Below are positions 1 to 10,723 of a DNA stretch of 64,000 nt, piece by piece. Under the pieces are notes generated by a model. The model was not told the DNA's origin and did no database searches. It saw nothing but the letters and a program-made list of their open reading frames with translations. The stretch comes from Longimicrobiales bacterium (lineage in GTDB: Bacteria; Gemmatimonadota; Gemmatimonadetes; Longimicrobiales; Gaopeijiaceae): assembly GCA_965204735.1 (NCBI GenBank), contig OZ242008.1:320001-384000 (forward strand), read 5' to 3'. The stretch's first letter is position 1. Every line of letters begins with the position of its first letter. Both the position numbers and the translations under genes were made by a program.

Positions 1-1317
1 CGACATTCGGGCGCGACAATGGCTGTGCACGCCTTCCGGCTTGACCACGCTCGGGTCCGCTTCGACCACGGCCGCCACGACTTCTCCCCACTCCTCGTCC
101 GGCGTCCCGAAGACGACCGCCTCGGCTACGCCGGGCATCGACTCGATCACCTTCTCCACTTCCCGGGGCGCCACGTTCAGCCCCCCCGTTACGATCGCGG
201 CATCGGCTCGGCCTTCGATCCAGACGCGCCCGGCGCCGTCCACGCGGCCCAGGTCTGCCGTGCGGAACCAGCCGTCGTCGTCCACCGGCAACGGTTCCGG
301 CCCCTCCTCCGGGGTCCGCGCGACGACCGACGCCAGCGTGGGACCCCGAACGGCCAAGACGCCCCCGACATCGGTGCCGGCGTCGACGACCTTGACCTCC
401 ACGCCCGGCAGGGGCGGGCCCGCGCTCCCTGGAGTCTGCCGGGCCAGCTCGGGCGTCGCCGTGGCGACTTGCGAAGTCGTCTCCGTCATTCCCCAGGTGG
501 GGGCTGCCGGCAACCCGGCGTTCACGGCCCGCTCGACGAGGTCGGGGGACGCTGCCGCGCCTCCCACCAGGACGCACCGAAGCCTGCGGGAGGGCGCGCG
601 CCCGCCCAAGGCGTCCAGCACGCGTCGCAGCATGACGGGCACCAGCGAGAGGTGGGTGACGTCGCCGCCTGCGACGGCGGAGGCGACCGATTCCGCGTCG
701 AAGGACGACCAGCATCGGACGGCGCACCCGATCGCCGCGGCGCGCAGCAGAAGGGCCAGCCCGCCGACATGGCCCAGCGAGAGACAGAGTCCCCAGCAGT
801 CGTCGGGGCGCAGGTCGAGGCGGCGGCGCGCTCCGGCGGCCGAGGCGGCAAAGGCGTCGGGGGCGATCCCCACGGCCCTGGGGCTGCCGGAAGAACCGGA
901 GGTGAGAAGGAAGACGCAGACGCCGCGACGGAAGGCCGCGTCCCGTCCTGGAGCGTTGTCCGCTCCCGAAGGCGCGCTCGACGGAACGGGGTGCAGGACG
1001 CCGCCCGTGTCCACCAGGCAGGCGGGCTGAAGGAGGCGCGCGGCGTGGTCGATCTCCGGCTCGGCGAGCCGTTCGTGCAGCGGCGCGGCCGCGTACCCGC
1101 CGCGCCACGCGCCGAAGAGCGCTGCGGCCGCCTCCGGTCCGGGGGGAGCCGAAAGCGCGACCACCGATCCAGGCGCGATGCCGGCGGCCCGAAGACGGTC
1201 CGCCCATCGAGTTGCGGCCCGATCAAGCTCCCTGTATGCGAGCGTGCAACCGTTCCACTTCAGCGCCACGGCTTCGGGAGACGCGGCAGCCGTCCGGGCC
1301 AGCTGTGCGGATGGCAC
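1..1317 (-). CDS. menE: o-succinylbenzoate-CoA ligase (AMP-binding); 3' end runs off the window
   Basis: Not in the ORF track. Manual translation from GTG at 1317 gives MPSAQLARTAAASPEAVALKW..., AMP-binding loop LLTSGSSGSPRAV, HVGGLA, PTWGMTETTSQ and GWFRTADLGR. Lies directly downstream of menA. Confidence 0.85.
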   Translation of the reverse strand, partial: MPSAQLARTAAASPEAVALKWNGCTLAYRELDRAATRWADRLRAAGIAPGSVVALSAPPGPEAAAALFGAWRGGYAAAPLHERLAEPEIDHAARLLQPACLVDTGGVLHPVPSSAPSGADNAPGRDAAFRRGVCVFLLTSGSSGSPRAVGIAPDAFAASAAGARRRLDLRPDDCWGLCLSLGHVGGLALLLRAAAIGCAVRCWSSFDAESVASAVAGGDVTHLSLVPVMLRRVLDALGGRAPSRRLRCVLVGGAAASPDLVERAVNAGLPAAPTWGMTETTSQVATATPELARQTPGSAGPPLPGVEVKVVDAGTDVGGVLAVRGPTLASVVARTPEEGPEPLPVDDDGWFRTADLGRVDGAGRVWIEGRADAAIVTGGLNVAPREVEKVIESMPGVAEAVVFGTPDEEWGEVVAAVVEADPSVVKPEGVHSHCRARMS

Positions 1318-1322
1318 GGCCT

Positions 1323-2336
1323 CTACCCCCAGAGCGCGCCGGACATGAAGCCGGTCGCGAGCAGCAGGCCGTACAGCAGCACGGAGCGCGCGGTCGCCGC
1401 CAGGGCGGCGTTGAGCTCTCTGCGGTTCGTGTGCGGGACGCGGGACTGGGCGCCGGCGACGCCGGATTCGACAGCGACGACGCTGGATTCGGCCGCGGTG
1501 GCGCCGAGCTTGCCGGGCGCGGTGTTCGCCTTTGCGCACGACGCCACCACCAACGCCGGCGTGATGCAGCTCAGCACACCCAGGACGGAGACGAACGTCC
1601 ACGGGGACCACCCGACGAGGAGCACTCCCGCCAGCGGCGTCAGCAGAGCGACGAGCAGACAGGCCATGTACTCGTACACGGCAAATTTGTCGCCGAAGCG
1701 CACGGCCAATGTGCGCTTTCCGGCCGCCTCGTCGGTCTTGCGGTCCCGCAAGTTGTTGACGACCAGCACCGCGGTGCTGAACGCTCCCACTCCCACCCCG
1801 ACAAGGAGGGCGTCCTCCGACAGGTGGTGGGCCTGCACGTAGTATGTCCCCGCAACCGCCACGGGTCCGAAGAACAGGAAGACGAAGAGGTCGCCCAGTC
1901 CGTGGTAGGCCAGAGGCCACGGCCCGCCGGTGTAGGCGACCGCGCACGCCAGGCACACGGCGCCCAGCGCCCAGACGGGCCATCCGACCGCTCCCGCCAA
2001 GTAGCCGCCGGCGCCCGCCGCCAGCATGAGAGATGCCGACATGCCCAAGAAGACCGCTTTGGGCGACAGGAATCCGGCTTGGGTCGCCCGCGCCGGTCCC
2101 AAGCGCTCGGCCGTGTCGGCGCCCTTCACGAAGTCGAAGTAGTCGTTGGCCAAGTTCGTCGCCACCTGCAGAAAGACCACGCACAGGAACGAGGCCGTCA
2201 CCATCGCGCTCACGTAGACCCCGTCGGCGGTCGCGATTCCCGTCGCGGCCGACACCGGCGCCACTCCCACGGCCAAGGTCTGGGGGCGGGCCGCCAGGAC
2301 CCACGCTCGCACGGGGTTCATCTCGCCCATGCGCAA
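1323..2336 (-). CDS. menA: 1,4-dihydroxy-2-naphthoate polyprenyltransferase
   Basis: AARPQTL, NLANDYFDFVKGAD, YTGGPWPLAYHGLGD and VNNLRD..TD..AGKRTLAVRFG motifs. The true start may be 2330 or 2321. Confidence 0.93.
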   Translation of the reverse strand: MRMGEMNPVRAWVLAARPQTLAVGVAPVSAATGIATADGVYVSAMVTASFLCVVFLQVATNLANDYFDFVKGADTAERLGPARATQAGFLSPKAVFLGMSASLMLAAGAGGYLAGAVGWPVWALGAVCLACAVAYTGGPWPLAYHGLGDLFVFLFFGPVAVAGTYYVQAHHLSEDALLVGVGVGAFSTAVLVVNNLRDRKTDEAAGKRTLAVRFGDKFAVYEYMACLLVALLTPLAGVLLVGWSPWTFVSVLGVLSCITPALVVASCAKANTAPGKLGATAAESSVVAVESGVAGAQSRVPHTNRRELNAALAATARSVLLYGLLLATGFMSGALWG

Positions 2337-2364
2337 GGGCGCCGGGCGCGCGCCTGCGCGGGAC

Positions 2365-3204
2365 TCACCACGGAAGCCACGGGTACTTGCGGAAGTCGGG
2401 CTTGCGCTTTTGCAGGTAGGCGTCGCGGCCTTCTTGTCCCTGCTCCGTCATGTAGAAGAGGAGCGTGGCGTTGCCGGCGAGCTCCTGAAGTCCGGCCTGT
2501 CCGTCCACGTCCGCGTTGAAGGCGGACTTGAGGAGTCGGATCGCCAAGGGGCTGTGCTGGAGGATCTGCTGCGCCCATGCAAAGCCTTCGTCCTCCAGCT
2601 GGTCCACGGGCACGACCTTGTTCACCAGTCCCATCGCTTCCGCCTCTCGAGCGTCGTACTGGCGGCAGAGGTACCAGATCTCCCGGGCCTTCTTCTGGCC
2701 GACGATGCGCGCCAAGTACGACGAGCCGAAGCCGCCGTCGAAGCTGCCCACCTTGGGACCGGTCTGACCGAAGACGGCGTTGTCGGCGGCGATCGTCAGA
2801 TCGCACACCACGTGGAGGACGTGGCCTCCGCCTATGGCGTAGCCCGCCACGAGAGCGATCACCGGCTTGGGCATGGTGCGGATCAGCCGCTGGAGGACGA
2901 GGACGTTCAGGCGAGGGACTCCGTCCCGGCCCACGTACCCGGCGTCGCCGCGGACTCGCTGGTCGCCGCCGGAGCAGAAGGCGTACTTGCCGTCCTTGGC
3001 CGGGCCTTCGCCGGTGAGGAGGACGACGCCCACCTCCGGGTCCTCGTTGGCGTCCTCGAAGGCGTTCAGGAGCTCGAAGAGGGTCTCGGGACGGAAGGCG
3101 TTGCGGACGTCGGGGCGGTTGATGGCGATTCGGGCCACGCCGTCCCGCTTCTGGTAAGTGACGTCTTCGTAGGTCTTGGCCGTCTTCCAGCGTGTTTCCG
3201 TCAT
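2365..3204 (-). CDS. menB: 1,4-dihydroxy-2-naphthoyl-CoA synthase
   Basis: Starts MTETRWK; contains [36 protein letters not shown] and KKAREIW. Its ATG overlaps the menD stop (ATGA). Confidence 0.97.
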   Translation of the reverse strand: MTETRWKTAKTYEDVTYQKRDGVARIAINRPDVRNAFRPETLFELLNAFEDANEDPEVGVVLLTGEGPAKDGKYAFCSGGDQRVRGDAGYVGRDGVPRLNVLVLQRLIRTMPKPVIALVAGYAIGGGHVLHVVCDLTIAADNAVFGQTGPKVGSFDGGFGSSYLARIVGQKKAREIWYLCRQYDAREAEAMGLVNKVVPVDQLEDEGFAWAQQILQHSPLAIRLLKSAFNADVDGQAGLQELAGNATLLFYMTEQGQEGRDAYLQKRKPDFRKYPWLPW

Positions 3205-5246
3205 GGGCTCCTCGGGTTGGTCGGTCGGTTGGCGGTCGTCGGCTGCTGCCCGGTCGGCACCGAGGCGGCCAAGCCCAACGCCGCGACGGCCCGGCGGGCT
3301 GCTTCCGCGCGCACCTCCGCGTGGCGGCGGCGGTTCGTCTCCCGGTCGGTACGCACTCGAACGATCTCGGTTCCTGGACGGCGGACGCCGGCGGCCACGG
3401 CTTCCGCCAGCTCTTCCGGTCCGCGGGCGTCGCGGAACGGGATGTCGTAAAGACGGGCCGCATGGCGGAAGTCTAGCCCGTGGGGCGTGGCAAAGTAAGG
3501 CGTGAAGGCGGGCTCGAACTTTCGGATGGGCAGCATGTGGAAGATGCCCCCTCCGTCGTTGTCCACCAAGACGAGGACGACGTTGAGCTGCGGGTCGCGG
3601 GCTGCCAGCAGCCCGTTCATGTCGTGGTAGAAGGCAAGGTCGCCCAGCACTCCGACGACCGGGCCGCCGCCGGCGGCGCATCCCAACGCGGAAGACACGA
3701 TCCCGTCGATGCCGCTGGCCCCCCGATTGGCCAGGACCCTGACGCCAAGAGACGCCGGGCGGCCGTAGCCGTCCACGTCGCGCACGGGCATGGAGCTGGA
3801 GACGAAGAGCGTGGCGCCCGGCGGGAGGGCTCGCAGGACGGCGGCGGCGTAGGCGCCTTCGTTGCCCGGGTCGTCGCAGGCGTCTTCGACGGCGGACCAG
3901 GCTGCGGATTCGGCTTGGGACCAGAGGGCGCGCCAATGGTCGTCCGGGACGGGCCCGGCGGGTCCGGCGCCAGCCGAGGCGACGAGGTCGGGCTCCAGGG
4001 AGACGGGTTTCGGGGCCTCGGCGCGCGCAACCTGCGCGGTCCGCGCGACCCGTGCCATGAGAGGGCCGGCAGGGGCGCGAACGTAGTGGTCGGCCAAGCG
4101 CTGGTGGTCCTTGGGCTGGCGACCGGCGTCGACCACGATCTGCACGGCGTCGCGCCAGCGCTCCAGGGCGGCTTCCAGCGCCGCGGACGTGGGAGTGCGT
4201 CCCGTGCGGACGATCAGGTCGGGCGCGAGGGCGTCCACCACGGCCGGGTCGCGGAGGTAGTGGTCGTAGGCGCCGCAGGGGGGCGGCAGGGGCGATGGTT
4301 TACCCTGCGCGGTCGGCGCCTGGGCAGCCGTCGGGACCGTTGGCCGCGCCCCGGCCGCAAACCGTGCTCCCGAGAGTGGGTCGGCCAGCAGGGGAACGCG
4401 CAGCCGTCCGGCAATCTCGGCCAGCAAGGCGCCCTCGGCGTCCGGGCTGCTGGACGGGCCTGCCACCAGAACCGGTCGTCGAGCCGCCGCCAGCTCGCGG
4501 GCCAGGAGAGCAGCGCCTTCCTGTGCCGGGCAAGAAGGACCTCCACTCCCTCGCGTTCCATCCGGGTCGCGGGCCAGGAGAGCGGCGCCTTGCTCCGCCG
4601 GACCGTCTTCTGGACCGCGCGACTCCTTCGCGGCGCCTTCTGGTTTCGGCTGGGTCGCCTCGGCGCGCAGCTGTTCCAGTTTCCGTGGAGTGGAGGGCTC
4701 CAACGGCTTCTCGAACGGAACGTTGAGGTGCACCGGCCCCGCGGGCCCAAGGCCGGTGCCCTCCGCACCCCCGACGGCGCTGGCCGTGGCCTCCGAGGCG
4801 AGTCGACGAGCCGTCGGCAAGCCTTCCGAATCAGGAACGGGCAGGTCCGCCTCGAAGCGGAGGCGGGCGCCGAATATCCCCACTTGGTCGATCGTCTGAT
4901 TGGCGTCGGCTCCCCGCAGCCGAGGCGAGCGGTCCGCCGAGAGGACGATCAGCGGAACGTCGGACGCGTCGGCTTCCACCACGGCGGGAAGCAGGTTGGC
5001 GACCGCTGTCCCCGAAGTGGCGACGACGGCCGCCGGCCGCCTGGAGCGCCGCCCGTATCCGAGCGCGAAGAAGGCCGCGCACCTCTCGTCCACGTGCACC
5101 CGTGCGCGGACTCCCGGAAACGACCGAACCGCCAGCACCAGCGGCGCCGACCTGGAGCCGGGGGCGATCTCGACTTCGGTCACGCCTCCGCGCACGAGAG
5201 CCCCGACGATCTCGCGAGCCCAGGCGAAGTTGATCTCGCCGGTCAT
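3201..5246 (-). CDS. menD: SEPHCHC synthase (TPP-dependent)
   Basis: [54 protein letters not shown] and NDGGGIF motifs. Start MTGEINF overlaps the menF stop. Confidence 0.96.
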   Translation of the reverse strand: MTGEINFAWAREIVGALVRGGVTEVEIAPGSRSAPLVLAVRSFPGVRARVHVDERCAAFFALGYGRRSRRPAAVVATSGTAVANLLPAVVEADASDVPLIVLSADRSPRLRGADANQTIDQVGIFGARLRFEADLPVPDSEGLPTARRLASEATASAVGGAEGTGLGPAGPVHLNVPFEKPLEPSTPRKLEQLRAEATQPKPEGAAKESRGPEDGPAEQGAALLARDPDGTRGSGGPSCPAQEGAALLARELAAARRPVLVAGPSSSPDAEGALLAEIAGRLRVPLLADPLSGARFAAGARPTVPTAAQAPTAQGKPSPLPPPCGAYDHYLRDPAVVDALAPDLIVRTGRTPTSAALEAALERWRDAVQIVVDAGRQPKDHQRLADHYVRAPAGPLMARVARTAQVARAEAPKPVSLEPDLVASAGAGPAGPVPDDHWRALWSQAESAAWSAVEDACDDPGNEGAYAAAVLRALPPGATLFVSSSMPVRDVDGYGRPASLGVRVLANRGASGIDGIVSSALGCAAGGGPVVGVLGDLAFYHDMNGLLAARDPQLNVVLVLVDNDGGGIFHMLPIRKFEPAFTPYFATPHGLDFRHAARLYDIPFRDARGPEELAEAVAAGVRRPGTEIVRVRTDRETNRRRHAEVRAEAARRAVAALGLAASVPTGQQPTTANRPTNPRSP

Positions 5247-6616
5247 TCGGTCCCGGTGCCGGCCCGAGTTCTGGCGCTCACTTCCGCCCGCACCATCGCT
5301 CGCAGCACCGGCTGGAACTTGATCTCGGTCTCCTCCCACTCCGACACCGGGTCCGAGCCCGCCACGATGCCGGCCCCCGCGAAGAGTCGCCACGAGCCGT
5401 CGCAGAGCACGGCCGACCGCAGCGCCGGAACGAAGATTCCCCGGCCGTCCGAGTCCAGCCATCCCACCGGGCCGGCGTACCAGCCGCGGTCGAAGACCTC
5501 GTTCTGGGTGAGGACGGCCAGCGCCACCTCCCTTGGAATCCCGCACACCGCCGGCGTCGGATGCAGGGACGCGACAATGGTCAGAAGGGACAGTTCGGCA
5601 GGCAGCTTCGCGACGATCTTCGTCTCCAGGTGCTGGATGCGTGCCAGCGCCAGAACATGCGGCTCCACGTCCCGTCCCACGCGGCAGCCCAGCGCTTCCA
5701 GCCGGGCCACCATGTCGCGCACCACAAAGTCGTGCTCGGCCCGATCCTTGACGCTGTTGAAGAGCCGGTCCGCCAAGTGGGCCGTCTCCACCGAGTTCGC
5801 CCCGACCCCCGCGCTTCCGGCCACCGCAGTCGCCCGAAAGACGCCGTCGGCCGCCGTCGCCAGCGTCTCCGGTGCCGCTCCCACCATTGCCCGGCCCGCC
5901 TCGGGCTCGTACAGGAACACATGGCTCCCTCGGTTCTCGCGCCAGAGGGCCGCGACCAGCTCGTCAGGCTCGACTCGCCCGTCGGGCTTCACCTCCAAGG
6001 TGCGGGCCAGGACCACCTTCTCGGCGTCCCCCGCCTCGATCTCCGCCAGCGCGTTCCCGACCATCCGTTCCCAGGCGCTCCTGCCCATCCCGGTGATCTG
6101 ACCGGCGCGCCGAAAGCCCGCCGGCGCCACGTAGCTGGGTCGACCCGCGCCTTTGGCTCGTTCCGACGCCAGCGCCGCCGTCCACGCTCGGCAGCTCTCT
6201 TCCGCTGCACCGGTGTTCGGACCACGGACCGTCAGCCAGCAGGCGCCGATCTCCGGCCGGTACTCGATCTCCGCCTTCGGCAAGTGAAAGCGCGCGCTCC
6301 CGAAGGGGGACCAAGCAGCGTCGGCGGTGTCCTCGCCCGAAAACGCAAATCCGCCGAACGCCCGGACCACCCCCGACCCCTCGCACCCCCCGAAGGCTGT
6401 TCGGACCCTTTCCTCGACGGTGGCGAAGCGGCACGCCGACGGAGCTTGCTCGCTCCCGCCCGTCGGCAACGAGACGTCCTCGGCCACGCCCGCGTGAGCC
6501 ACCCATCGCTCGCCGCTGGCCCAGAACCCTCGCGGCCCTCCTCTGGCGACCCGCAAGAACGATGCCGGCGACACGCCACCAATTCGGCGCCGATGCTGAT
6601 GCCGCGCTGCGCTCAT
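5243..6616 (-). CDS. menF: isochorismate synthase
   Basis: EKVVLAR, GAAPETL, EHDFVV, IQHLET, LHPTPAVCG, DRGWYAGPVGW and AGAGIVAGSDP..EW.E motifs; heads the men operon. Confidence 0.92.
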   Translation of the reverse strand: MSAARHQHRRRIGGVSPASFLRVARGGPRGFWASGERWVAHAGVAEDVSLPTGGSEQAPSACRFATVEERVRTAFGGCEGSGVVRAFGGFAFSGEDTADAAWSPFGSARFHLPKAEIEYRPEIGACWLTVRGPNTGAAEESCRAWTAALASERAKGAGRPSYVAPAGFRRAGQITGMGRSAWERMVGNALAEIEAGDAEKVVLARTLEVKPDGRVEPDELVAALWRENRGSHVFLYEPEAGRAMVGAAPETLATAADGVFRATAVAGSAGVGANSVETAHLADRLFNSVKDRAEHDFVVRDMVARLEALGCRVGRDVEPHVLALARIQHLETKIVAKLPAELSLLTIVASLHPTPAVCGIPREVALAVLTQNEVFDRGWYAGPVGWLDSDGRGIFVPALRSAVLCDGSWRLFAGAGIVAGSDPVSEWEETEIKFQPVLRAMVRAEVSARTRAGTGTE

Positions 6617-6663
6617 CTATGCTTGCGGCGCTCGCTGCCGACCCCGCCGTTGCGTCGGTTCTC

Positions 6664-6825
6664 TCACTTGCGTGCGGCCAGCGCGTCAATCGATCCACAT
6701 GCATGGATCCTCGGCATCCGACCGGCGAGTCCGGCGTTCTCGAAGAATTTGCTGAACCCCTTGCGACAATCGGCCTTCAGCTGCTTCGAGTCCCCGCCTC
6801 CCTCGACGTAGATCCGCACGCTCAC
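6664..6825 (-). pseudogene. truncated DUF4276-like (TOPRIM-like) partner of the AAA ATPase, about 53 aa
   Basis: GTG overlaps the ATPase stop. VSVRIYVEGGGDSKQLKADCRKGFSKFFENAGLAGRMPRIHACGS resembles the N-terminus of DUF4276 proteins, then stops after IDALAARK. Confidence 0.7.
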
Positions 6826-7997
6826 CAGCGATTGCCCCCAAGGTCTCCAGAGCTCCAAAGCTCTCCCAGCCGATAGCGGTCCAACCAGTGATCCAGGTCG
6901 TCCCGGCGCAGGCGATTCAGAGTTGTTTGACCGTCGTGCTTCTCGCAGACCACAATGCTCTCGGGCGTCTCGGTGAGCGCGTCCACAATCACGTCGGAGT
7001 GAGTCGTGACGATCAGTTGGCACCTCTCCGACGCTTCGCGCAACAACCTGGCCATTCCGGGAAGAATGTCGGGGTGCAGCCCAAGTTCCGGTTCTTCCAG
7101 ACAGACCAGTGCCGGTGGAGACGGATCGCAAAGCAGGGCCAGCAAGTACAGGTACCGCAATGTACCGTCGGAGAGGCGCGTCGCAGGGACAGTGGCATTG
7201 TCCTCCTGCAGATACACCTGAACGTTCCCGTATCCCACGTCGATGTGCAGGTCCCGCAAGCCGTCGTAGAGATCCCGCAAGCGGCTGATCAGCCGTTGCT
7301 TGACGTCGTAGTCGATCGCAAGTCGGTTCAGCACCAAGCCAAGGTTGCTGCCGTCCTCTTGCAGGACGTTGCTGCAAAGATCGTTCTTCTGGGGAAGACG
7401 TATCGGGCACTGTCTCCCGAAGACCCAGTTGCGATACAAGTGTATGTTCTTGAGAGATTCCCCGACGTGGGTGACTTCCGGGTAGCGACGCCTGTCCTTG
7501 ATTGCAGAAAGCATCGACTCGCCAGACCCCACACCGTATTCTTCGATGCCAACGCCTGCCTCCCGCTGGCCGGCCGAGTCGTGCAAGTAAACCTGGTCCG
7601 CGGTTCTCGAGCCGAAGATCTTCTCCCTGTTGCCGTCGAGACCTAGTTCTTCGATCTGCACGTCCATGCCGCGGGGGGCCCCCAACATCTCCACGGAGTA
7701 GAACAGGTCTTGCCCAGCAGTCGTGCTCGTCGGGCTATCAGCGGGTCCCTCGAGAACTACGTCTACCCGAACGAGATAGGGTTCGCCCTTCCACGCCCAC
7801 TCCCCGGAATCGCCTCGCTTCCTTGTTTCGGTCCCGAGGTCGGTCGGCAGCGCCTTCAGCAACCCCATCACTTCGATCAAGTTGGACTTGCCCGAGGCGT
7901 TGGGACCGATCAGCACGGTCAGGGGCTCCATCTCCAGCTCCATGCCGTTCGGACCGAACGACAGGATGTTCTCGAGCCTTATCCTGCGCATCAACAT
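6822..7997 (-). CDS. ABC-type AAA ATPase (AAA_15/AAA_21-like)
   Basis: Walker A GPNASGKSN, signature LSDGT, Walker B/D-loop VCLEEPELGLHP and H-loop VTTHS; no TM segments. Confidence 0.9.
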   Translation of the reverse strand: MLMRRIRLENILSFGPNGMELEMEPLTVLIGPNASGKSNLIEVMGLLKALPTDLGTETRKRGDSGEWAWKGEPYLVRVDVVLEGPADSPTSTTAGQDLFYSVEMLGAPRGMDVQIEELGLDGNREKIFGSRTADQVYLHDSAGQREAGVGIEEYGVGSGESMLSAIKDRRRYPEVTHVGESLKNIHLYRNWVFGRQCPIRLPQKNDLCSNVLQEDGSNLGLVLNRLAIDYDVKQRLISRLRDLYDGLRDLHIDVGYGNVQVYLQEDNATVPATRLSDGTLRYLYLLALLCDPSPPALVCLEEPELGLHPDILPGMARLLREASERCQLIVTTHSDVIVDALTETPESIVVCEKHDGQTTLNRLRRDDLDHWLDRYRLGELWSSGDLGGNRW

Positions 7998-8007
7998 GAG
8001 CGCCTTC

Positions 8008-9609
8008 TCAACGCTGGGCCCGGCCCGGCGCCCCGACGCCTGCCGGCTCGGCGACCCCCGTCATCCCGGCCACCGCCTCCCGCACGACCGTCAGCGCCAA
8101 GTCCGCGTGCTCCCGACGAGTGCGGAACGACAGCACGGCGAAGCGGAGCCAGATGCGGCCGTTCAAGGTCGTGGACGAAATGAAGATCCGGCCATCGGCG
8201 TGAATGCGCTGGACCAGCCGCTCGTTGGCCGCGTCGACCGCTTCCGCGTCGGCATCGGCGTCGCACCCGGGCGGGACGTGTCGAAAGAGGACCACCGACA
8301 GGTCGGGCTCGGGTCCGACCTCGATATGGGGCAATCGCTGAACGGCCTCGTGTAGGTAGCGGGCCAGCCAGTACTTCTCGCTGATGCACGCGCGGAACGG
8401 GGCCACGCCGAAGAGCTGCAGCGGAAGCCACAGGCGCATCGCTCGGAAGTGGCGCGTGAGCTCCGGCGAGTGGTCGGCGGGCGAGGGCGCGTCTTCCTCG
8501 GTCCAGGTGTCCCGCAGGTACGGCGCGGCGCGCATGTGGGCGTTGCGCAGCGCTTCCCGGTCTCGGACCACCAACGCCCCGGAGCCGTAGGGAAGGAAGA
8601 GTCCCTTGTGGGGGTCCAGGACGACGGAGTCGGCCCGATGAAGCTCCCGAAGCGGCGCCGGCGCCTCGGGCGAGAGCAGGAAGAAGCCGCCGTAGGCTGC
8701 GTCCACGTGGTGCCAGAGCCCGTGCGCTTCGGCCACGTCGGCAATCTCGCCGACCGGATCGACGGCGCCCGTGTCGGTGGTGCCTGCCGACGCCACGACC
8801 ATGAAAGGCCGCAGCCCCGCTTCCAGGTCCGCCTCGATCCGGGCAGCCAAGTCGGGGGCCGACATGCGGTAGCGGTCGTCCATCTCCACGTGGTGCACCG
8901 GGCTCTCGCGCATCCCGGCGATGACCAGGGCCTTGCCGACGCAGTGGTGCACGTGGCGGGTCGAGTACACGACCGCCCGGGGCACGTCGGCGGCTCGGAC
9001 GCCCAGGGCCTCCCGGGCGGTCACGACGGCCGTCAGGTTGGCGATCGAGCCCCCGCTGGCAAGGTCGCCGCCGGCCCCCTCTCCGTAGCCCACCAGGTCG
9101 GCCAGCCACCGGATCAGGAGGGCGTTCATGCGGACGGCCCCCGGCGACGTGAAGTAGATGCCTGCGAAGCGGTTGGTCACCGCGGCCAGGTAGTCGGCCA
9201 GCGACGACGGGTAGAGGCCGCCCCCCGGGATGTAGCCCAGGTGTCCGGGCGCCGCCGGGTTGAGGGACGGCTGGTCCACGCACGCATCGATCGTCGCCAC
9301 GATCTCGTCGATGGGTCGGCCCGTCTCGGAGATCGGATGGTCCGTGATGCCCGCCCCGTCGTCCCCCGCCTGGTTGTACGTCTTGCACTCGGCGAGCCCG
9401 TCGAGGAATCGTTCGGCGTAGGCGACCACTTCGTCGCGAAGGCGCTTGCGTTGGGCCGGGCTGGGCTCCAGAGGCGCGGCTTGGCGGGCCAGGTCGTCGA
9501 TCCGGGCCGCCAGCTCCCGCAGCTTCGGCGACGCCGCCTCGTGCGGATCGAGCGCCGGCGACCCGAAGAGCCGTTTCCCGTTCGCCCTGCCGGACGCGGC
9601 CTCGTTCAC
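8008..9609 (-). CDS. group II PLP-dependent (aromatic) amino-acid decarboxylase
   Basis: SGGSIANL, AGTTDTGAVD, HVDAAYGG and DSVVLDPHKGLF (PLP lysine) motifs. Confidence 0.88.
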   Translation of the reverse strand: MNEAASGRANGKRLFGSPALDPHEAASPKLRELAARIDDLARQAAPLEPSPAQRKRLRDEVVAYAERFLDGLAECKTYNQAGDDGAGITDHPISETGRPIDEIVATIDACVDQPSLNPAAPGHLGYIPGGGLYPSSLADYLAAVTNRFAGIYFTSPGAVRMNALLIRWLADLVGYGEGAGGDLASGGSIANLTAVVTAREALGVRAADVPRAVVYSTRHVHHCVGKALVIAGMRESPVHHVEMDDRYRMSAPDLAARIEADLEAGLRPFMVVASAGTTDTGAVDPVGEIADVAEAHGLWHHVDAAYGGFFLLSPEAPAPLRELHRADSVVLDPHKGLFLPYGSGALVVRDREALRNAHMRAAPYLRDTWTEEDAPSPADHSPELTRHFRAMRLWLPLQLFGVAPFRACISEKYWLARYLHEAVQRLPHIEVGPEPDLSVVLFRHVPPGCDADADAEAVDAANERLVQRIHADGRIFISSTTLNGRIWLRFAVLSFRTRREHADLALTVVREAVAGMTGVAEPAGVGAPGRAQR

Positions 9610-9619
9610 CGTTCCGTGA

Positions 9620-10645
9620 TCAGGCGCCGGCGGTCCGGAGCCGGAGCCGTCGGTACTCCCGGAAGGAGATGAGCTTGCGGCGCCCTTCGTCCCAGAGGGC
9701 CAGGTTGAGCGTCTTGAGGCCGTCGCGGATCGTCATCTTGGGCGCGGCCCACAGCTCCGGGTTCTCGTCGTGACAGCGTTGCAGCCGGTAGTTGGGGATG
9801 CGCGCGCTCAAGTGGTGCACGTGGTGCAGGCCGATGTTGGCGGTGAGCCACTGCAGCGGCTTCGGCAACTTGAGGAACGACGACCCGTGGAGACCGGCGT
9901 CGAAGTAGTTCCACTCTTCGTGCCAGTGCCAGTAGGCGTCGTCGAACTGGTGCTGAACGTAGAAGAGCCAGACTCCCATGGCGCAGGCGCACAGCGTGAC
10001 GGGAACCTGCACCAGCAGGAAGCGATCCAGCCCGATCGTCGCCCACGCCAGCGCGACGATGCCGGCCAAGGCGGCGTTGGTCCACCACACCGAGCGCCAC
10101 TCCCGCTTCCATGCCCGGGGCACGTCCCAGGGAAAGCGGTGCTTGACCAGGAAGTGGAACGCCGCGCCGGGCCCGAAGATGACGAAGGGGTTCCGATAGA
10201 TGCGGTACCCCAGGCGCATCCACGGCGACATCGCCTCGTACTCCTTGACGGTCTTGGTGCTGATGTCGCCGAAGCCCCGCATGTCCAGGTCGCCCGAGTG
10301 GGCGTGATGGATCGCGTGGGTCTTCCGCCAGTAGTGGTAGGGCGTCAGGGCCAGCACGCCGATGACGAAGCCCACGGCGTTCGCCACCTTCTGGGACCGA
10401 AAATAGGAGCCGTGGCCGCAGTCGTGCTGGATCATGAAGAGCCGCATGATGAAGGCGGCGGTCGGGACGGCGAGGAGCAGCGTCAGCCAGTAGCCGACGG
10501 CCAAGCTGAAGTAGGTTGCGGTCCAGCAGGCGGCGAAGAGCCCCGCGCTCGTGGCCAGCTGCCCGGCGCTCCGCGCGTTGTCGGGGCCAAGGTAGGGCGC
10601 AAGGACCTTCTTCCAGCGGGCGACTTGTTCGCGGTCGTGGTTCAT
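9620..10645 (-). CDS. membrane fatty-acid desaturase (Des-like)
   Basis: Three His boxes HDCGH, HAIHH and HHVHH, plus FYVQHQF and TM segments. Confidence 0.92.
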   Translation of the reverse strand: MNHDREQVARWKKVLAPYLGPDNARSAGQLATSAGLFAACWTATYFSLAVGYWLTLLLAVPTAAFIMRLFMIQHDCGHGSYFRSQKVANAVGFVIGVLALTPYHYWRKTHAIHHAHSGDLDMRGFGDISTKTVKEYEAMSPWMRLGYRIYRNPFVIFGPGAAFHFLVKHRFPWDVPRAWKREWRSVWWTNAALAGIVALAWATIGLDRFLLVQVPVTLCACAMGVWLFYVQHQFDDAYWHWHEEWNYFDAGLHGSSFLKLPKPLQWLTANIGLHHVHHLSARIPNYRLQRCHDENPELWAAPKMTIRDGLKTLNLALWDEGRRKLISFREYRRLRLRTAGA

Positions 10646-10723
10646 CCGTTCCCGTTTTTGGACTGGGGGATCAAGAGCGGAGCCGAAGGGGCGACGGCGT
10701 CGCGGAATCTAATCCCGGCCGAG

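Noticed and set aside
19..1842. Long plus-strand ORFs over menE/menA
   Set aside because: Antisense shadows in high-GC DNA; the minus strand carries clear MenE and MenA motifs.
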